A stretch of DNA of 64,000 nucleotides from Eledone cirrhosa (GCA_964016885.1 OZ024741.1:398102001-398166000); one strand, 5' to 3'; positions 41,879 to 54,461 are shown, numbered from the stretch's first letter. Program-made: numbers and translations. The notes: a model not told the origin generated them from the sequence alone.

Positions 41879-42942
41879 CCCTGAAGGGTTTGTCAGACAT
41901 TGCTGTGGGACAAGACTTCAGTGTCATTGACCTTTACAATACCGATGACGTCATGATAATTGGTGACAACTATGTCATGTTTAATCAGCTGTTGAAAGCT
42001 TTAGTGTGTCGATAGCTTTAGTCACCCAGAGTTTAAGCTGGCCACCACAAAAATCTGCATCTATTGAGCACTTGTTCAGACCATCCTCATCTATAGCTGT
42101 GAGACATGACCAAAGAATGAGATGGATTTACACAAGCTGGAAGTTTTTTTTTACCACTTTTTCTTTTGGGGAATTTTCCATGTTTGTTCTCTGATTTTGT
42201 GTCAAACTCTAAAATTTGTCATCAATTCTTTCTAACAACTTTTATTTAAATGACACTTCTGTTGGGTTTTTTTCCTCTGCATCAACTTTCTACCAACTAG
42301 CCATACTATCCGTGTCAGGTGTCTTCAGCTTGAAGGTCATGTCAGGAGAGGTAAAAACCTGCTATATATACATAGCCATACCATCCATGTGAGGTGTCTT
42401 CAACTTGTGTCTTTTGACATAAACTGAAGGGTCCTCCCAACCCTTTGTTTGGCAAGCTTTCTCTGGCTGGATGTCCTTCCTCACATCAACCACTTTACAG
42501 TCTGTGCTGAGTGCATTTATTCTGTAAATCACTTAATACTAGGAAGGTTAGCATGTCCTTGACACAACTAAAGGGTCCTCTCAACCTTTTGTTTCACAAC
42601 CCTTCTACGGCTGGATGCCTCTTCCTAACACATAATAAAACACCATAATTCAACACCAACAAAATTCAAACTCATAGCATAAAAAGAAGACTCTTAAATA
42701 TTAAATACCACTCCCCCTCCCACTATTCCTCACTCTCCTCCTCCCACTAGTTCAGTCTCCCTCTCCTCACACTCTCTCTCCTCCCCCTCACACTCTCTCC
42801 TCCCCCTTCACTCTCCTCCCACATCAGTTTCAACTGACAACCTACTGAATTACAATCTGTAGTAATTGTAACTGAAAACTAAACATAAACCATATAAAAT
42901 AATCAGTTAGTTAACATAGTAAAACATATTGTTATATAATAT

Positions 42943-43290
42943 AATGGAGGCACATGGCTTAGTGGTTAGAGCATTGGGCTTGCAATCGAAAGGTTGTGAG
43001 TTCAATTCTCAGACTGGGTGATGTGTTGTTTCCTTGAGCAAGACACTTTATTTCACATTGCTTCAGTTTACTCAGCTGTAGAAATGAGATGATAGGGATC
43101 CCAGTCTCTATCATTCCACTGCAAAGTGGACGTGTAGGCACCACGGCAAAAAAGCACCCAGCACTCACTGTAAATGAGGTTGGTGTTAGGAAGGGCATCC
43201 AGCTGTAGAAATCAAGCCAGAATCAGTTCCCGTCCTACTCTTGCAAGCAGGGAAAAGCAGACGTAAAATGAAATGATGAAATGATGATGA
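42943..43290 (+). mobile_element. tRNA/CORE SINE, tail type A, full length
   Basis: Box A TGGCTTAGTGG, box B GAGTTCAATTC, CORE-like CCTTGAGCAAGACACTT...CAGTTTACTCAGCTGTAGAAATG, RTE-like body, (AAATG/ATG)n tail. Confidence 0.88.
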
Positions 43291-43662
43291 ATATGACAGT
43301 AATAATTACATCTCTTACATAGGAGAGGTATTGATATTACTAATTTTATATATATATAGTTTCTGCCAACTTCATCATCATCATCGTTTAACGTCTATCT
43401 TCCATGCTAGCATGGGTTAGACGGCAACTTATATATATTTAAAGGGTAATATATATTTATACAAGATCCAGAAACAGTTCTGTATGAGCAGGATATGGTC
43501 ACCTAACCCAACCTGCCTCATCATCATCATCTTTGTTTAACATCAAATGGGACAATCCGTCTAACCCATGCTGGTGTGGAAGGTGGACGTTAAATGGCGA
43601 TGATGATGATAAATATATATATATATGGATGTTTTTATATAAAGGATCTATATATATCGATA

Positions 43663-44015
43663 TATGGAGGCACATGGCTTAGTGGTTAGAGCATTGGCCT
43701 TGCAATCGAAAGGTTGTGAGTTCAACTCTCAGACCGGGTGATGTGTTGTTTCCTTGAGCAAGGCACTTTATTTCACATTGCTCCAGTTTACTCAGCTGTA
43801 GAAATGAGATGATAGGGACTGGGGTCCCTATCATTCCACTGCAAAGTGGTCGTGGAGGTGCCATGACAAAAAAGCACCCAGCACTCACTGTAAATGAGGT
43901 TGGTGTTAGGAAGGGCATCCAGCTGTAGAAATCATGCCAGAATCAGTTCCCGTCCCACCCTTGCAAGCAGGGAAAAGTGGACGTAAAATGAAATGAAATA
44001 AAATGAAATGATGAT
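43663..44015 (+). mobile_element. tRNA/CORE SINE, tail type A, full length
   Basis: As 42943; internal hairpin ATGATAGGGAC-TGGG-GTCCCTATCAT. Confidence 0.88.
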
Positions 44016-44199
44016 CATATATATAGGGATGTTTTTTATTTGAAGGGTTATATATATATAGGAGCAGAGGACACACTTATGTGCTCAATGTTCTCTTCAC
44101 CCCTCCCCATTTAAAGGGTAGTGTTTCTGTATTTAAATCAATTGACATTTTTAGCATTCTGTAATTAACGAGCTTGGGAACTATACAGTGTATAGACAT

Positions 44200-45115
44200 C
44201 TAGGGAGTTAAACAGGGGAATGTACTATTAGCACTTCTTTTCTGTATAGTTATAGCTGCACTTATCTACCAAACTGAAGAAGAATGCTTCTCTGGCTATT
44301 AAATAGGAGGTAAAATCCTATCAAATCTTAGCTTTGCAGACGATCTGGCCATCGTGGGTTACTCTAGAACTGATCTGCAAGACTTTCTGTATATACTGGC
44401 CAAACATTCGCTGGAGGCTGGCTTACACATCAACATCTCCAAAACAAAATGTATGACAACTGATAAAAACAATGCCAATCTCCAACTGACAATCTACAAC
44501 CAGCAAATTGCTCAAGTTACAGAGTTTGTATATCTCTGTCACAAACTATCATCAAACAACAATGGAATCGTTGCTGTCCAGTATCACATCACTCTGGGTT
44601 GGGCAGCCTTCATTAAGAACAAGGAAGTACTAACATCAAAACCAGTTTCCTATCATTTTGAAGGCTAAAATCTTCAATACTTACATTCTACCAGTTGTGT
44701 TATATGGTCTTGACTGTGTTAATTGGACAACAAGGTCACTTCAGAAGCTCTCTTCATTCCAGAACCACATCATGAGACTTATAACTGGCAAGTGGCTCAG
44801 CGACCATATCTGTATCAGTGAGTTGCTCAACATCACTAGGCTTAGACTAATCACATCAGTTGTCAAGTCAAGAGTACTTAAACTATACAGTCATATCAAA
44901 AGATCAACTCGTGGTGTGAGTAAGTTATGCCTAGAAGGAAAGTTGGCTGGTAAGAGAACAGAGGCCAGCAGCCAAAATGATGGGTTGATAATGTCAACTT
45001 ATGGACTGGATTTGACCTTTGCTCTTTAAACTCTGTTGTTGGTGATCGAACTTTGTGGAGAAAAATATCTCATGTTGATACTCAGTCTGCAACTGGCGGA
45101 GTTTAGCGTCTGGAG
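44200..45115 (+). mobile_element. 5'-truncated decayed LINE (RT C-terminal half, RTE-like), distinct family
   Basis: GVKQGNVLLALLF, NLSFADDLAI, GLHINISKTKCM, EFVYL, KIFNTYILPVVLYG, LEGKLAGKR; stops and frameshifts. Confidence 0.85.
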
Positions 45116-45147
45116 AGAATTAACAAGTCTCATACCCAATTTATTCA

Positions 45148-45197
<50 letters not shown>

Positions 45198-45301
45198 TCA
45201 CACACACACATACACTTTCTTAAGACTAAATTATCTGCTTGCTCACAAAGTCATCAGACAAGAATTGTCATATATATATATATAATATATAATATAGAAA
45301 A

Positions 45302-45352
45302 GTCTTCTACAAGACTAGAACTGTTTCATTCGGGAGAAATCATCAGGAAGCC
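45302..45352 (-). ncRNA. Type I hammerhead ribozyme motif within a Penelope-like repeat
   Basis: Minus strand GGCTTC-CTGATGA-TTTC(TCCC)GAAT-GAAA-CAG(TTCTAGTC)TTG-TA|GAAGAC; stem II closing pair is a U-U mismatch, so probably impaired. Confidence 0.55.
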
Positions 45353-45554
45353 GACAGTCCTGTAGAAGCCTTTTCTATATTATATATTAAATATTTATAC
45401 TCTGCTTTGTATTGAGTACCTTACTTACTGTGGTTACTCCCGATTGAACCCGGGATAAACTTATATATATATATATATATTGCTAAACAAATTCAGAAAC
45501 GAAATTTCAACACACGTTTTCAGATAAAGAATCTTGCTAAACAAATTCAGAAAC

Positions 45555-45592
<38 letters not shown>

Positions 45593-45955
45593 ACACAAGT
45601 AGGAAGTAACTAAATGGTTGTATTATACACATATATTTATAAATAAATACATTAAGCTGAAATATTCTCACTTGCAGTTTCGATTTGGCTAACTTTATGT
45701 GTATTATATATATATATATTTCTATTTCAAAATTCAATACGATAAATGATTAGTATTATTATTATTTATTTAGGGCAGTGATGTGACAAAAGATATATTT
45801 TTGTTATCTCTCTATATATAAATATATTTATATATATAGATAGATAGATAGATGGGTATACATATATATAGATATATATACATATATATAGATATATAGA
45901 TATATATATGTTATATAGATAGATGGGTATACATATGTATAGATATATAGATATG

Positions 45956-46260
45956 TTTCTTTATTAGCCACAGGGGCACAAAAGAAGGGGACAAATACAA
46001 AGAGGGAAGTTTACATACAATAAAAACGTGTAAAATATTATCACAAATGCAATTGAAAAGTTAATCGATTTTTTCCCCAATAGGGGGAGACATTACATAT
46101 GGGTAACACATACCCCCGAAAAAATGTGCAGCCCTCATCTTCAGGAGTACAAAGAGTTTGTACCCTTTTCCTCTCTTCCTCCCTTTCCTCAACCTACAGG
46201 CTGATATAGAGAGAAGGCCCATTCACTTGGGCCATTCTCGCCACTTTCACCCACCTTTCA
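45956..46260 (-). mobile_element. Tx1/L1 3' fragment (~300 bp)
   Basis: Minus strand ERWVKVARMAQVNGPSLYISL* followed by a 3' UTR homologous to the full element and AATAAAGAAA. Confidence 0.88.
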
Positions 46261-46284
46261 TATATAGATATATAGATAGACAGA

Positions 46285-46800
46285 CAGATAGCTATATAGA
46301 TTTATAGATTTATGGCTATACATATATATAGATAGATAGATTTATAGATATATGGCTATACATATATATAGATAGATATATAGATTTATAGATATATGGC
46401 TATACATATATATAGATAGCTATATAGATTTATAGATATATGGCTATACATATATATAGATATATAGATTTATAGATATATGGCTATACATATATATAGA
46501 TAGCTATATAGATTTATAGATATATGGCTATACATATATATAGATAGATAGATTTATAGATATATGGCTATACATATATATAGATATATAAATTTATAGA
46601 TATATGGCTATACATGTATATAGATAGATATATAGATTTATAGATATATGGCTATACATATATATAGATAGATAGATTTATAGATATATGGCTATACATA
46701 TATATAGATAGATATATAGATTTATAGATATATGGCTATACATATATATATAGATAGATAGATTTATAGATATATGGCTATACATATATATAGATATATA
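46285..46800. repeat. TAGA-rich minisatellite (~38-44 bp), left part
   Basis: Unit TAGATTTATAGATATATGGCTATACATATATATAGA(TA/TAGA). Confidence 0.93.
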
Positions 46801-47059
46801 TGTTTCTTTTATTTGCCACCAGGGCATCAAAAGTGGGATAAGTACAATGGGGGGAGTTTACAAAACAAGGCGTCCTCAATAAGGAGGAGGCAATAACAAT
46901 ATATAAAAATAAAATAAAATATAACAAAAAATAAAATTTATAACAAAGTCCTCAATAGACCCGCCTTGGGGGGTCGCACACACCCCCGAAAAAAGTGTGC
47001 AACCCTTCTCCTCAGGAGCACAGAGAAGGGGTGCTCCCTTGGTCTTTCATCTTCCTCAC

Positions 47060-50000
47060 CTAAAGTCTGATGTAGAGTGAAGGCCCATTCACACGGGCCA
47101 TTCTTGCCACTTTCACCCATCTTTCATAGAAACGGCTGGGGTGCAGCACCTCTCTCTCCATCCTGATCCTTCTTCCGAAATGATATCGGAAGAAACGGAC
47201 CAGTTGTTGGCCAGAGAGAAAGGTGTCTGACCTCAGTCCTTTCAGACGCGTCCACCATACAACCTCTTTCGCCATGGCTATTACGCACAGAAACACCGCC
47301 TCTCCTTCGTTTTTGAAGAGGGGAGGCGGCTTGATCGTTACAATAGACTCGGTGGTCAACCGGATCGGTCCCACCCTTGACAGCAGTTGTTCGACATAGC
47401 CCCACAGATCGGCAATGCCCGAGCAGTGTACCAATGTGTGTGCAACGGTTTCCTCGTCACACACGCATCTGGGACAGACCTTTTTCGATGGGTCCCTACC
47501 CGGGCGCCCGTGTCTGTAGAGCCTTTCTCGAATGGGCAGAGCCCTTCTGTAGCATTGCCAGGCCAGGGACCTCTGGAAGTTATCCATGGGTCCCGGGCTG
47601 AATGTCCTACCGAACAGGTTGGCCAGTTCATCTTCCTCCATGCCTAGGGCTTCTCCGAGGGCATCGTCGCACCTGCTAACCACCAGCCCTCTATAGAATG
47701 ACGAGGTGGATTCTCCACTGACAGCCGGGTCCGCCTGCCAGAGAGCCGTGAGCGCCTGGGCACACTCGGTGTGCCAGACGCCCAGTTTTCTCGGTCTTTG
47801 CTTGACCCAGGATTGCAGCTCGGTGAGTGAGACGAGTCTGGGAAAGGCTCGCCTCACAAACGGGGCCCACACCGGTTGACCGGTGAGGAATACCTGGAGG
47901 TGCCGTAGCCTTAATGCGTGTTTACGTATCATTAGCCACGGCATCCCCAGCCCTCCTTTCGAAGGGTGTTGACAGCAGATGGATCTCCTCACCATAGGAG
48001 CCCGCTTCTTCCAAAGGAATTGGAAGAGTGCGCGCTCCATTTTGGCGAGCGTTTCCCTTGGGCAAGGCACCACGGTCAGGCGGTAGTAGATGACGGACGC
48101 TATATAAGTGTTTGCCACCTCCGCCCGACCTTTCAGAGACAGTTTGCACTCGGCCCACTTCTGGGTCAGTGCAAACACCCTGCTCGTCACCTCACCCCAG
48201 TTCTTCTCCACTTGGAGGTCTGGTCCGAACCAGACTCCGAGCAACTTCACCGGGCCCTCCGTCCAGCGCCCGATGACGCCATCGGAGGGCATCGATCTGC
48301 CCCTCCACGTGCCGAGTTGCAGACCGATCGACTTGTCCCGGTTCAGCTTAGCCCCTGTAAACCTTTCGTACTCCTCCAGTAAGGTGCCGATCGCCCCGAT
48401 TTCCGAGGCCGTCGACACCATTACTGTTACGTCATCGGCGTAGGCTGACACCGCTTTCCGCAATCCCGGTTCCAACGGGATGCCCTGCAACAACTCCAAC
48501 TTCCGCAGCAGTGGCTCTAGAGTCACTACATACAGAAGGGAGGAGAGAGGGCACCCCTGTCGGATGGACCGCGCGATTTCGAACGGCTCCGAAAGGTAGC
48601 CGTTCACCTTGACCCTAGAGCAGATGCGGCTGCTGTGCATGGCATTGATCCAGCCCCTGAAAACGGGTCCGAAGCCTGCTGCCGCTAGCACCGCATCCAG
48701 GTAACCATGGTCGACCCTATCGAATGCCTTAGATTGATCCAAGTTGATCAGGGCCCCACCAAAACCGGGTTCGTTCCCAACCCTCTCTATGATGTATCGC
48801 ATGAGGTGGAGGTTATCGTGGATGGACCTGGACGGGATAGCACATGTCTGCGCATCTCCCACCAGGTTGCCCACGACAAGCGCCAACCTCTTTGCTAGCA
48901 CCTTGGCCAAAATCTGTAACTCTGTATTTAGCAGAGTTATGGGCCTGAAATTATTTATATCGTCCCCCTTGTTCTCGTCCTTCCTCACTAGCGTGACTAC
49001 GCCCTTGGTCACAGCACAGGGAATTCTCCCGTTCTGTTGCCAGTTGCAGTAGACCGCCTCGAGGAGTTCGGGGAACAAGTCCGGCATAGCTAGATATAGT
49101 TCGTATGGAAGACCATCGAGACCCGGGGATTTGCGTTTGCCGCATTGGCTCAGCACGTCCTCTATCTCAGCGGCTGAAATCGGCTCCTCGCAGGACTTCG
49201 CCTCCCTGTCCGAGAGACGCGGCAGGCCGTCGAGGTATGGACCGAAGTCCACGTCCCCAACCGGCCCCCCGCCCCTTCCGAACAATTCGGCAAAGTGCTT
49301 TTGAAAAGCCTCGCACATCTGCTTAGGTTCAAGGATCACCCGTCCATCCTGGTCTCGCAAAGACCGGATAGTGGATCTGCTCCCTCTTTTGGCTTCTGTC
49401 ACACAGGCCCAGCTAACAGCTTTGGTCCCCTCGTTTCCCAGAACACGTATTTTGCTTCGGACGATGCAGCCTTCGTGTTTCGCGTCGAAGAACTGGCCCA
49501 GGGCCGTTCTCGACGCTAGCACTCTGGCCACATCGCCGCTTCTAATTGCCTCTTCTACACTATCTACCAACTCCCTTTCCTTCCTATTTCTATTGGAGGC
49601 TAACTCCTTACTAAATTCTATAGAGACTACTCTAATCTCTCTTTTGAGAGATCCCCACCACCTGCTGTTGACGATGGCGCCCGTCAACCGCTCCTTAACT
49701 AAAGTGCTAATCCGGTTCCTGTAAGCCTTACTTGCCGGTAAGGACAAGTTGAGCTTCCAGTAACCGGGTCCCTGTCTATGAGTTCTGTCAAGGTTGACCA
49801 TGCAGGTCATTAATTTGTGGTCTGAATAGCCAACCATGCGCATTTTTGGACAACTTAAAAAGTCCTTATCCTTAATTCTAACTAAGAACCTATCTAGGTT
49901 CGACCTAGATGTTCCGCTACGATTTGCCCAAGTCCAGGTTGGCGCAGTCGGAAAATCTAGTCGATATCTATCGGCCAGGTCAAATCGACCGATTAACCCT

Positions 50001-50497
50001 TTGAGGCTATTACACCCCTCTCTATCGGGACAGGCCCCTACGTAGTCCCAGCGTGCATCTAGGATACCATTCCAGTCCCCCACTAATAGCAAGGAGCGGG
50101 ACGTCCCTAGAAAAGTCTCCAGACGATGGAAGAAGTCCGGCCGCATTGACCCGAAAGGGCCGTAGGCGGCTACCAACCTAAACGCTACGCCTTTACCACT
50201 GCCAAGGTCCAGAACCACTAGTCGACCCTCCGGGTCCAAATGTACCATCTGTGTTGCGAGACCCAGATGTTTTTGCAGCAGAACGACAACTCCACCCCCA
50301 CCTCCGGGCTGACAGAGAGATGCGTGCATCTCAAAGTCATCAAAGGTGGGGGCCAGCTGTCACACGTTGCTGATCCGGGCCTCGCAAATAACCATCACAT
50401 CTATACGTTGTGACCTGAGGTCATTTAGAAGCATTGCTTGCTTCCAAGTTGAGCCCAGGCCACGCGCATTCAAACAGCCTACTCTTAGCATAGCCAT
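47060..50497 (-). pseudogene. Tx1 ORF2 (AP endonuclease, RT, zf-RVT) with one in-frame TGA at 50360-50362
   Basis: True start MAMLRVGCLNARGL...DVMVICEARISNV*QLAPTFDDFEM is in frame with the 1089-aa ORF; motifs LVGDWNG, LDRFLV, SDHK, KSPGLDGL, FRPITLLN, LDQSKAFDRV, RQGCPLS, YADD, CPRC-x8-H-x4-C. Confidence 0.9.
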
Positions 50498-50521
50498 GTT
50501 GGTGGTGAAGAGAAAAGGCAC

Positions 50522-52273
50522 TTACCTCTCTGCGTCCCGGGTATCGGGCTGCACAATTTCCATTAGGGTGGGGGATGGGTTGTTGGGTGGGGTGGTGGTT
50601 TGTGGAAGTGTAGGGGCATCAGTGTGTTGTGTGGTTGGGGAGCTTGGAGTTGTGTGGGTGTTTGGGGAGGGGGTGGGATAGTTTTTTAGGAGGACGCGGT
50701 TAATGGGCCCGACGCAGGGGGGACCCACGTCCTCTTTAAAATTGTTTTTTAAAGTTTTATAGGTGTCCTGTGGGGCCATAATCATTTTGAGGTGGGGGAA
50801 ATCCCCTGCCTGGGTGAAGTTAGGCCCTTGTGTTTTTATTAGATTGTTGTTGTACACAATGTTTAACAGTTTTTTGTTTCTTGTGTTTATGTATGTGTAT
50901 GCATGTTTTTGTTTTTGTGTGGTGTTTTTTGTTTGCTGTTGTTGTGAGCTCTTTTGTGTTGGTGTCAGTGTTATGTTTTGGGGAGGGGTTGTTTTCATTT
51001 GTGTGTCTGAGGTGTGTTTTCTTTTTTTTCTTTTGATTGTGTGGAAGTGCTCCTCCTCGTCTGACGACGAACTAGGGTCATCTTCCGCGTTGGAGGGGAG
51101 GGGTATATTTTCGGGTTGTGTTTGCGGTACGGGTGTTTTGGAAATTGTTTTTGTTTTTTGAGTGGAGGGGATGGGTTGGACATTGTTTTGTTTTGGTTTG
51201 AGCTGTGGTGGTTGTTTTTGTAGTGGTAGTTGTGGTGATTGTGTTGGTTGTGCAGTTGTTGGTGGTGTAGGCAGGATTGGGGTTTTCTTGGTTCCGCAGA
51301 GGTAACACGAGGGCCGTCTACCCTCAACGGTAATGTTGATGAAGGTTAGATCATCCAGTATGATGCGTTCAGGGATCTGGGCGATCCTTTCGGGCCTCAT
51401 TTGAACTACAAGTTCGAGGCTCGTTCCACTGAACGCGTCACCCGATGCCTTTCCCATGGACACCAGCATGTCATCCTCCAGGTCCAGAAAACCTGTCAAA
51501 ACCCACCATATGTCCATAATCGGCAGGATGGTGTGGATTTTTATTTTTTGTGTTCTTCTACCCATGTATGTAGGGTAGAAGGTGTATGAGGTGGATGTGA
51601 TTGGTTTGATGGACAGTTTCACTGCTGTGTCCCTGTCCTTCATGAGAATGGATAGACTCCCGTAGAGTCTATCCTTCTGAATGAAGGTGATGTCCTTCAT
51701 GACGTCTTTTAAAACCAGCTCTATCTCACTCTGTGATGGTTGAGCTGGTTTTTTACTTTTGTTCGAGATTGTCCTAAACATGACCGTGTTTAGGAGTCTC
51801 TGGCTTTTTAGTTCCGGAGGGGAATGGATTGTGAATGAACCATTTTCTCCGTACACTATATATTTTTTCGCATCTGCCAGTAGCTCCTTCGCTTTGGTTA
51901 TATTTACTGGCAGATAGTCGAGGGTTTTCCTTGTCGTCTCGGCGAAGGAGAAATTTTGTTTGTTTGTGTTGTTGTTGTCGTTGGTGGTGTTGTTGTTATC
52001 ATTGTTGTTGTTGTCACCGTTATTGGTCTTGTTGTTGTTGTTATTGTTATTGGTGTTGTTTTCGTCCGTCGCATTGTTGTTGTTGTTGCTGTTGCTGCTG
52101 GTTCTTTGGGTTGTTGCCATGGCAACGTCAAGTTGTCGGTTAACAGGTGGAGAGAATTCTTCCTCTGGCTGACCTTTCTTCTTGACCTCTGCTACTGTGA
52201 CAGTGGCAGGGGGAAGCTGTAAGTTTATCTTCCCCTTTCCTCCTTCGAATTTTGGTGAAGAAGCTTCGGCCAT
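50522..52273 (-). CDS. Tx1 ORF1 protein (583 aa)
   Basis: Open frame directly upstream of ORF2; Asn-rich tract, partial knuckle RPSCYLCG, Pro/Gln/Thr-rich linker, acidic then basic patch SSSSDEEE...KRKKRK. Confidence 0.8.
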   Translation of the reverse strand: MAEASSPKFEGGKGKINLQLPPATVTVAEVKKKGQPEEEFSPPVNRQLDVAMATTQRTSSNSNNNNNATDENNTNNNNNNNKTNNGDNNNNDNNNTTNDNNNTNKQNFSFAETTRKTLDYLPVNITKAKELLADAKKYIVYGENGSFTIHSPPELKSQRLLNTVMFRTISNKSKKPAQPSQSEIELVLKDVMKDITFIQKDRLYGSLSILMKDRDTAVKLSIKPITSTSYTFYPTYMGRRTQKIKIHTILPIMDIWWVLTGFLDLEDDMLVSMGKASGDAFSGTSLELVVQMRPERIAQIPERIILDDLTFINITVEGRRPSCYLCGTKKTPILPTPPTTAQPTQSPQLPLQKQPPQLKPKQNNVQPIPSTQKTKTISKTPVPQTQPENIPLPSNAEDDPSSSSDEEEHFHTIKRKKRKHTSDTQMKTTPPQNITLTPTQKSSQQQQTKNTTQKQKHAYTYINTRNKKLLNIVYNNNLIKTQGPNFTQAGDFPHLKMIMAPQDTYKTLKNNFKEDVGPPCVGPINRVLLKNYPTPSPNTHTTPSSPTTQHTDAPTLPQTTTPPNNPSPTLMEIVQPDTRDAER

Positions 52274-52487
52274 TTAAAAAAAATATTGACTTTTCAACAA
52301 GAAAAAACTTTTTTTTTGTTTAACTATTTCGCCTAAAGGCGTAGAATATTTTGAGAGACTGACCAGATCAAAGTTTGACCTGGCAGTCCCTCTACAAAAT
52401 GGTACAAAAATTAAAGTTATCAGACAAGAATTTCTATAGAAATTTAAACAGAACTTACTCAGCAAGTTATACGCGTGTGTCCATCCC

Positions 52488-52985
52488 AGATAGATAGATA
52501 TATAGATATATAGATTTATAGATATATGGCTATACATATATATAGATAGATAGATTTATAGATATATGGCTATACATATATATAGATATATAGATTTATA
52601 GATATATGGCTATACATATATATAGATAGATATATAGATTTATAGATATATGGCTATACATATATATAGATAGATAGATTTATAGATATATGGCTATACA
52701 TATATATAGATAGATAGATTTATAGATATATGGCTATACATATATATAGATAGATAGATTTATAGATATATGGCTATACATATATATAGATATATAGATT
52801 TATAGATATATGGCTATACATATATATAGATAGATATATAGATTTATAGATATATGGCTATACATATATATAGATAGATAGATTTATAGATATATGGCTA
52901 TACATATATATAGATAGATAGATTTATAGATATATGGCTATACATATATATAGATAGTTATATAGATAGATATATAGATTTATAG
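52488..52985. repeat. TAGA-rich minisatellite, right part
   Basis: Same unit and orientation as 46285-46800. Confidence 0.93.
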
Positions 52986-53038
52986 ATAGATAGAAAGGGA
53001 GATAGATAGATCGGTATACAGACAGATATATAGATACA

Positions 53039-53340
53039 TTTCTTTATTTGCCACAAGGACGCACAAGAAAAGGGGACAATACAAAGACACATGCTGGGGA
53101 TTTTACATACATTCGTGTAAAACTATTGAAACAAACAATTACAACAATCGAAATCCCCAATAGGGGGGAAGCGCCACAAATGGGTTGTTTAATACCCCGT
53201 CGATAGAACAACCCTCAACTTCAGGAGCGTGTTGTGCAAGTGCTCCTTTCTTCCTTTTGCTCTCTTCTTTAAACTACAGACTTATATACAGAGAAGGCCT
53301 AATCACTCGGGCCATTTTCACTTCATTCACCCACCTTTCA
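53039..53340 (-). mobile_element. Tx1/L1 3' fragment (~300 bp), more diverged
   Basis: Minus strand ERWVNEVKMARVIRPSLYISL* plus homologous 3' UTR ending GTGGCAAATAAAGAA. Confidence 0.85.
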
Positions 53341-54124
53341 GTCTGTAGATTGTATCTGGTTTATATTGGTTATCATTGAACATATGTTACCAGAAGTCAA
53401 CATAGATATATATTTATATGTGTGTGGGTTTGTCATATGTCTGTGTGTTGTGTATGTGGTGTGTGTGTGTATGAGAGACTGCACTGAGTGTGATGTGTGT
53501 GTGTGTGTATGGTTGTGTGTTTGTGATAGCGCTGGGTGTGAGTGTGTGTGTGTTGTGAGTGTGTGTGAGTGTCTTTGTATGTCCATGTGTGGTGACTTGA
53601 GAGTTAGTGAGAGAGAGAAGACAAGGTGGAGGAGAGATACACATAAGTTGTAAACTTCTATCATGTATTATGGTAATCAGCAGTTTGTCACAAATCAGGA
53701 AGTTATACACTTATTACAAGGAGATAATGAGGAAGAGGAGGAGATAGAGGCTTACAATATAGAAGGGGTGGGGCTTCCTGCAAGACAACATGCTAAAGTA
53801 GTTATGGATGAACTGTGGCACATTTGGCTTTCTGAATGACTAAATTGCTTTGAGATGTTTAGTAGTGTGGCCACCTTATGATGAGCCACACTCTATGTGA
53901 CCCACTCAAAGCAGGACTTTCACCTGTTATGTCAAATTTGGGGCCCTTCTCTAAAACAATTTGGCTTTGCTTTGAAATAAATGAAACGGGTCTAGTCTTG
54001 TAGAAGTCATTTCTATATATATATGTAGTAGAGATGTCTATACTCTACCAATGTATCAAGTACCTTTTTTAACTGCAGTTAACCCCAAACACAACATAGG
54101 AATCTACACACATTATATATATAC

Positions 54125-54461
54125 ATCATCATTTCATTTTACGTCTACTTTTCCCTGCTTGCAAGGGTGGGACGGGAACTGATTCTGGCTTGATTTCTAC
54201 AGCTGGATGCTCTTCCTAACACCAACCTCATTTACAGTGAGTGCTGGGTGCTTTTTTGTCATGGCACCTCCACGACCACTTTACAGTGGAATGATAGGGA
54301 CCCCAGTCCCTATCATCTCATTTCTACAGCTGAGTAAACTGGAGCAATGTGAAATAAAGTGTCTTGCTCAAGGAAACAACACATCACCTGGTCTGAGAAT
54401 TGAACTCACAACCTTTCGATTGCAAGGCCAATGCTCTAACCACTAAGCCATGTGCCTCCAT
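54125..54461 (-). mobile_element. tRNA/CORE SINE, tail type A, full length
   Basis: Near-identical reverse complement of 43663-44015. Confidence 0.88.

Larger units (their letters stand above)
46803..52487 (-). mobile_element. Full-length Tx1/L1-clade non-LTR retrotransposon (~5.7 kb)
   Basis: About 215-bp 5' UTR, ORF1, 24-bp spacer, ORF2, about 255-bp 3' UTR with AATAAA and short A run; CpG-rich and so young. Confidence 0.93.

Noticed and set aside
43665-43740. Functional tRNA gene (also 30366, 31925, 36900, 42945, 54388, 56630)
   Set aside because: Has A and B boxes but no proper acceptor stem and runs into a CORE domain; SINE heads.
47124-52222. Overlapping and antisense ORFs inside the Tx1 element
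   Set aside because: Shadow frames of GC-rich or low-complexity coding sequence.
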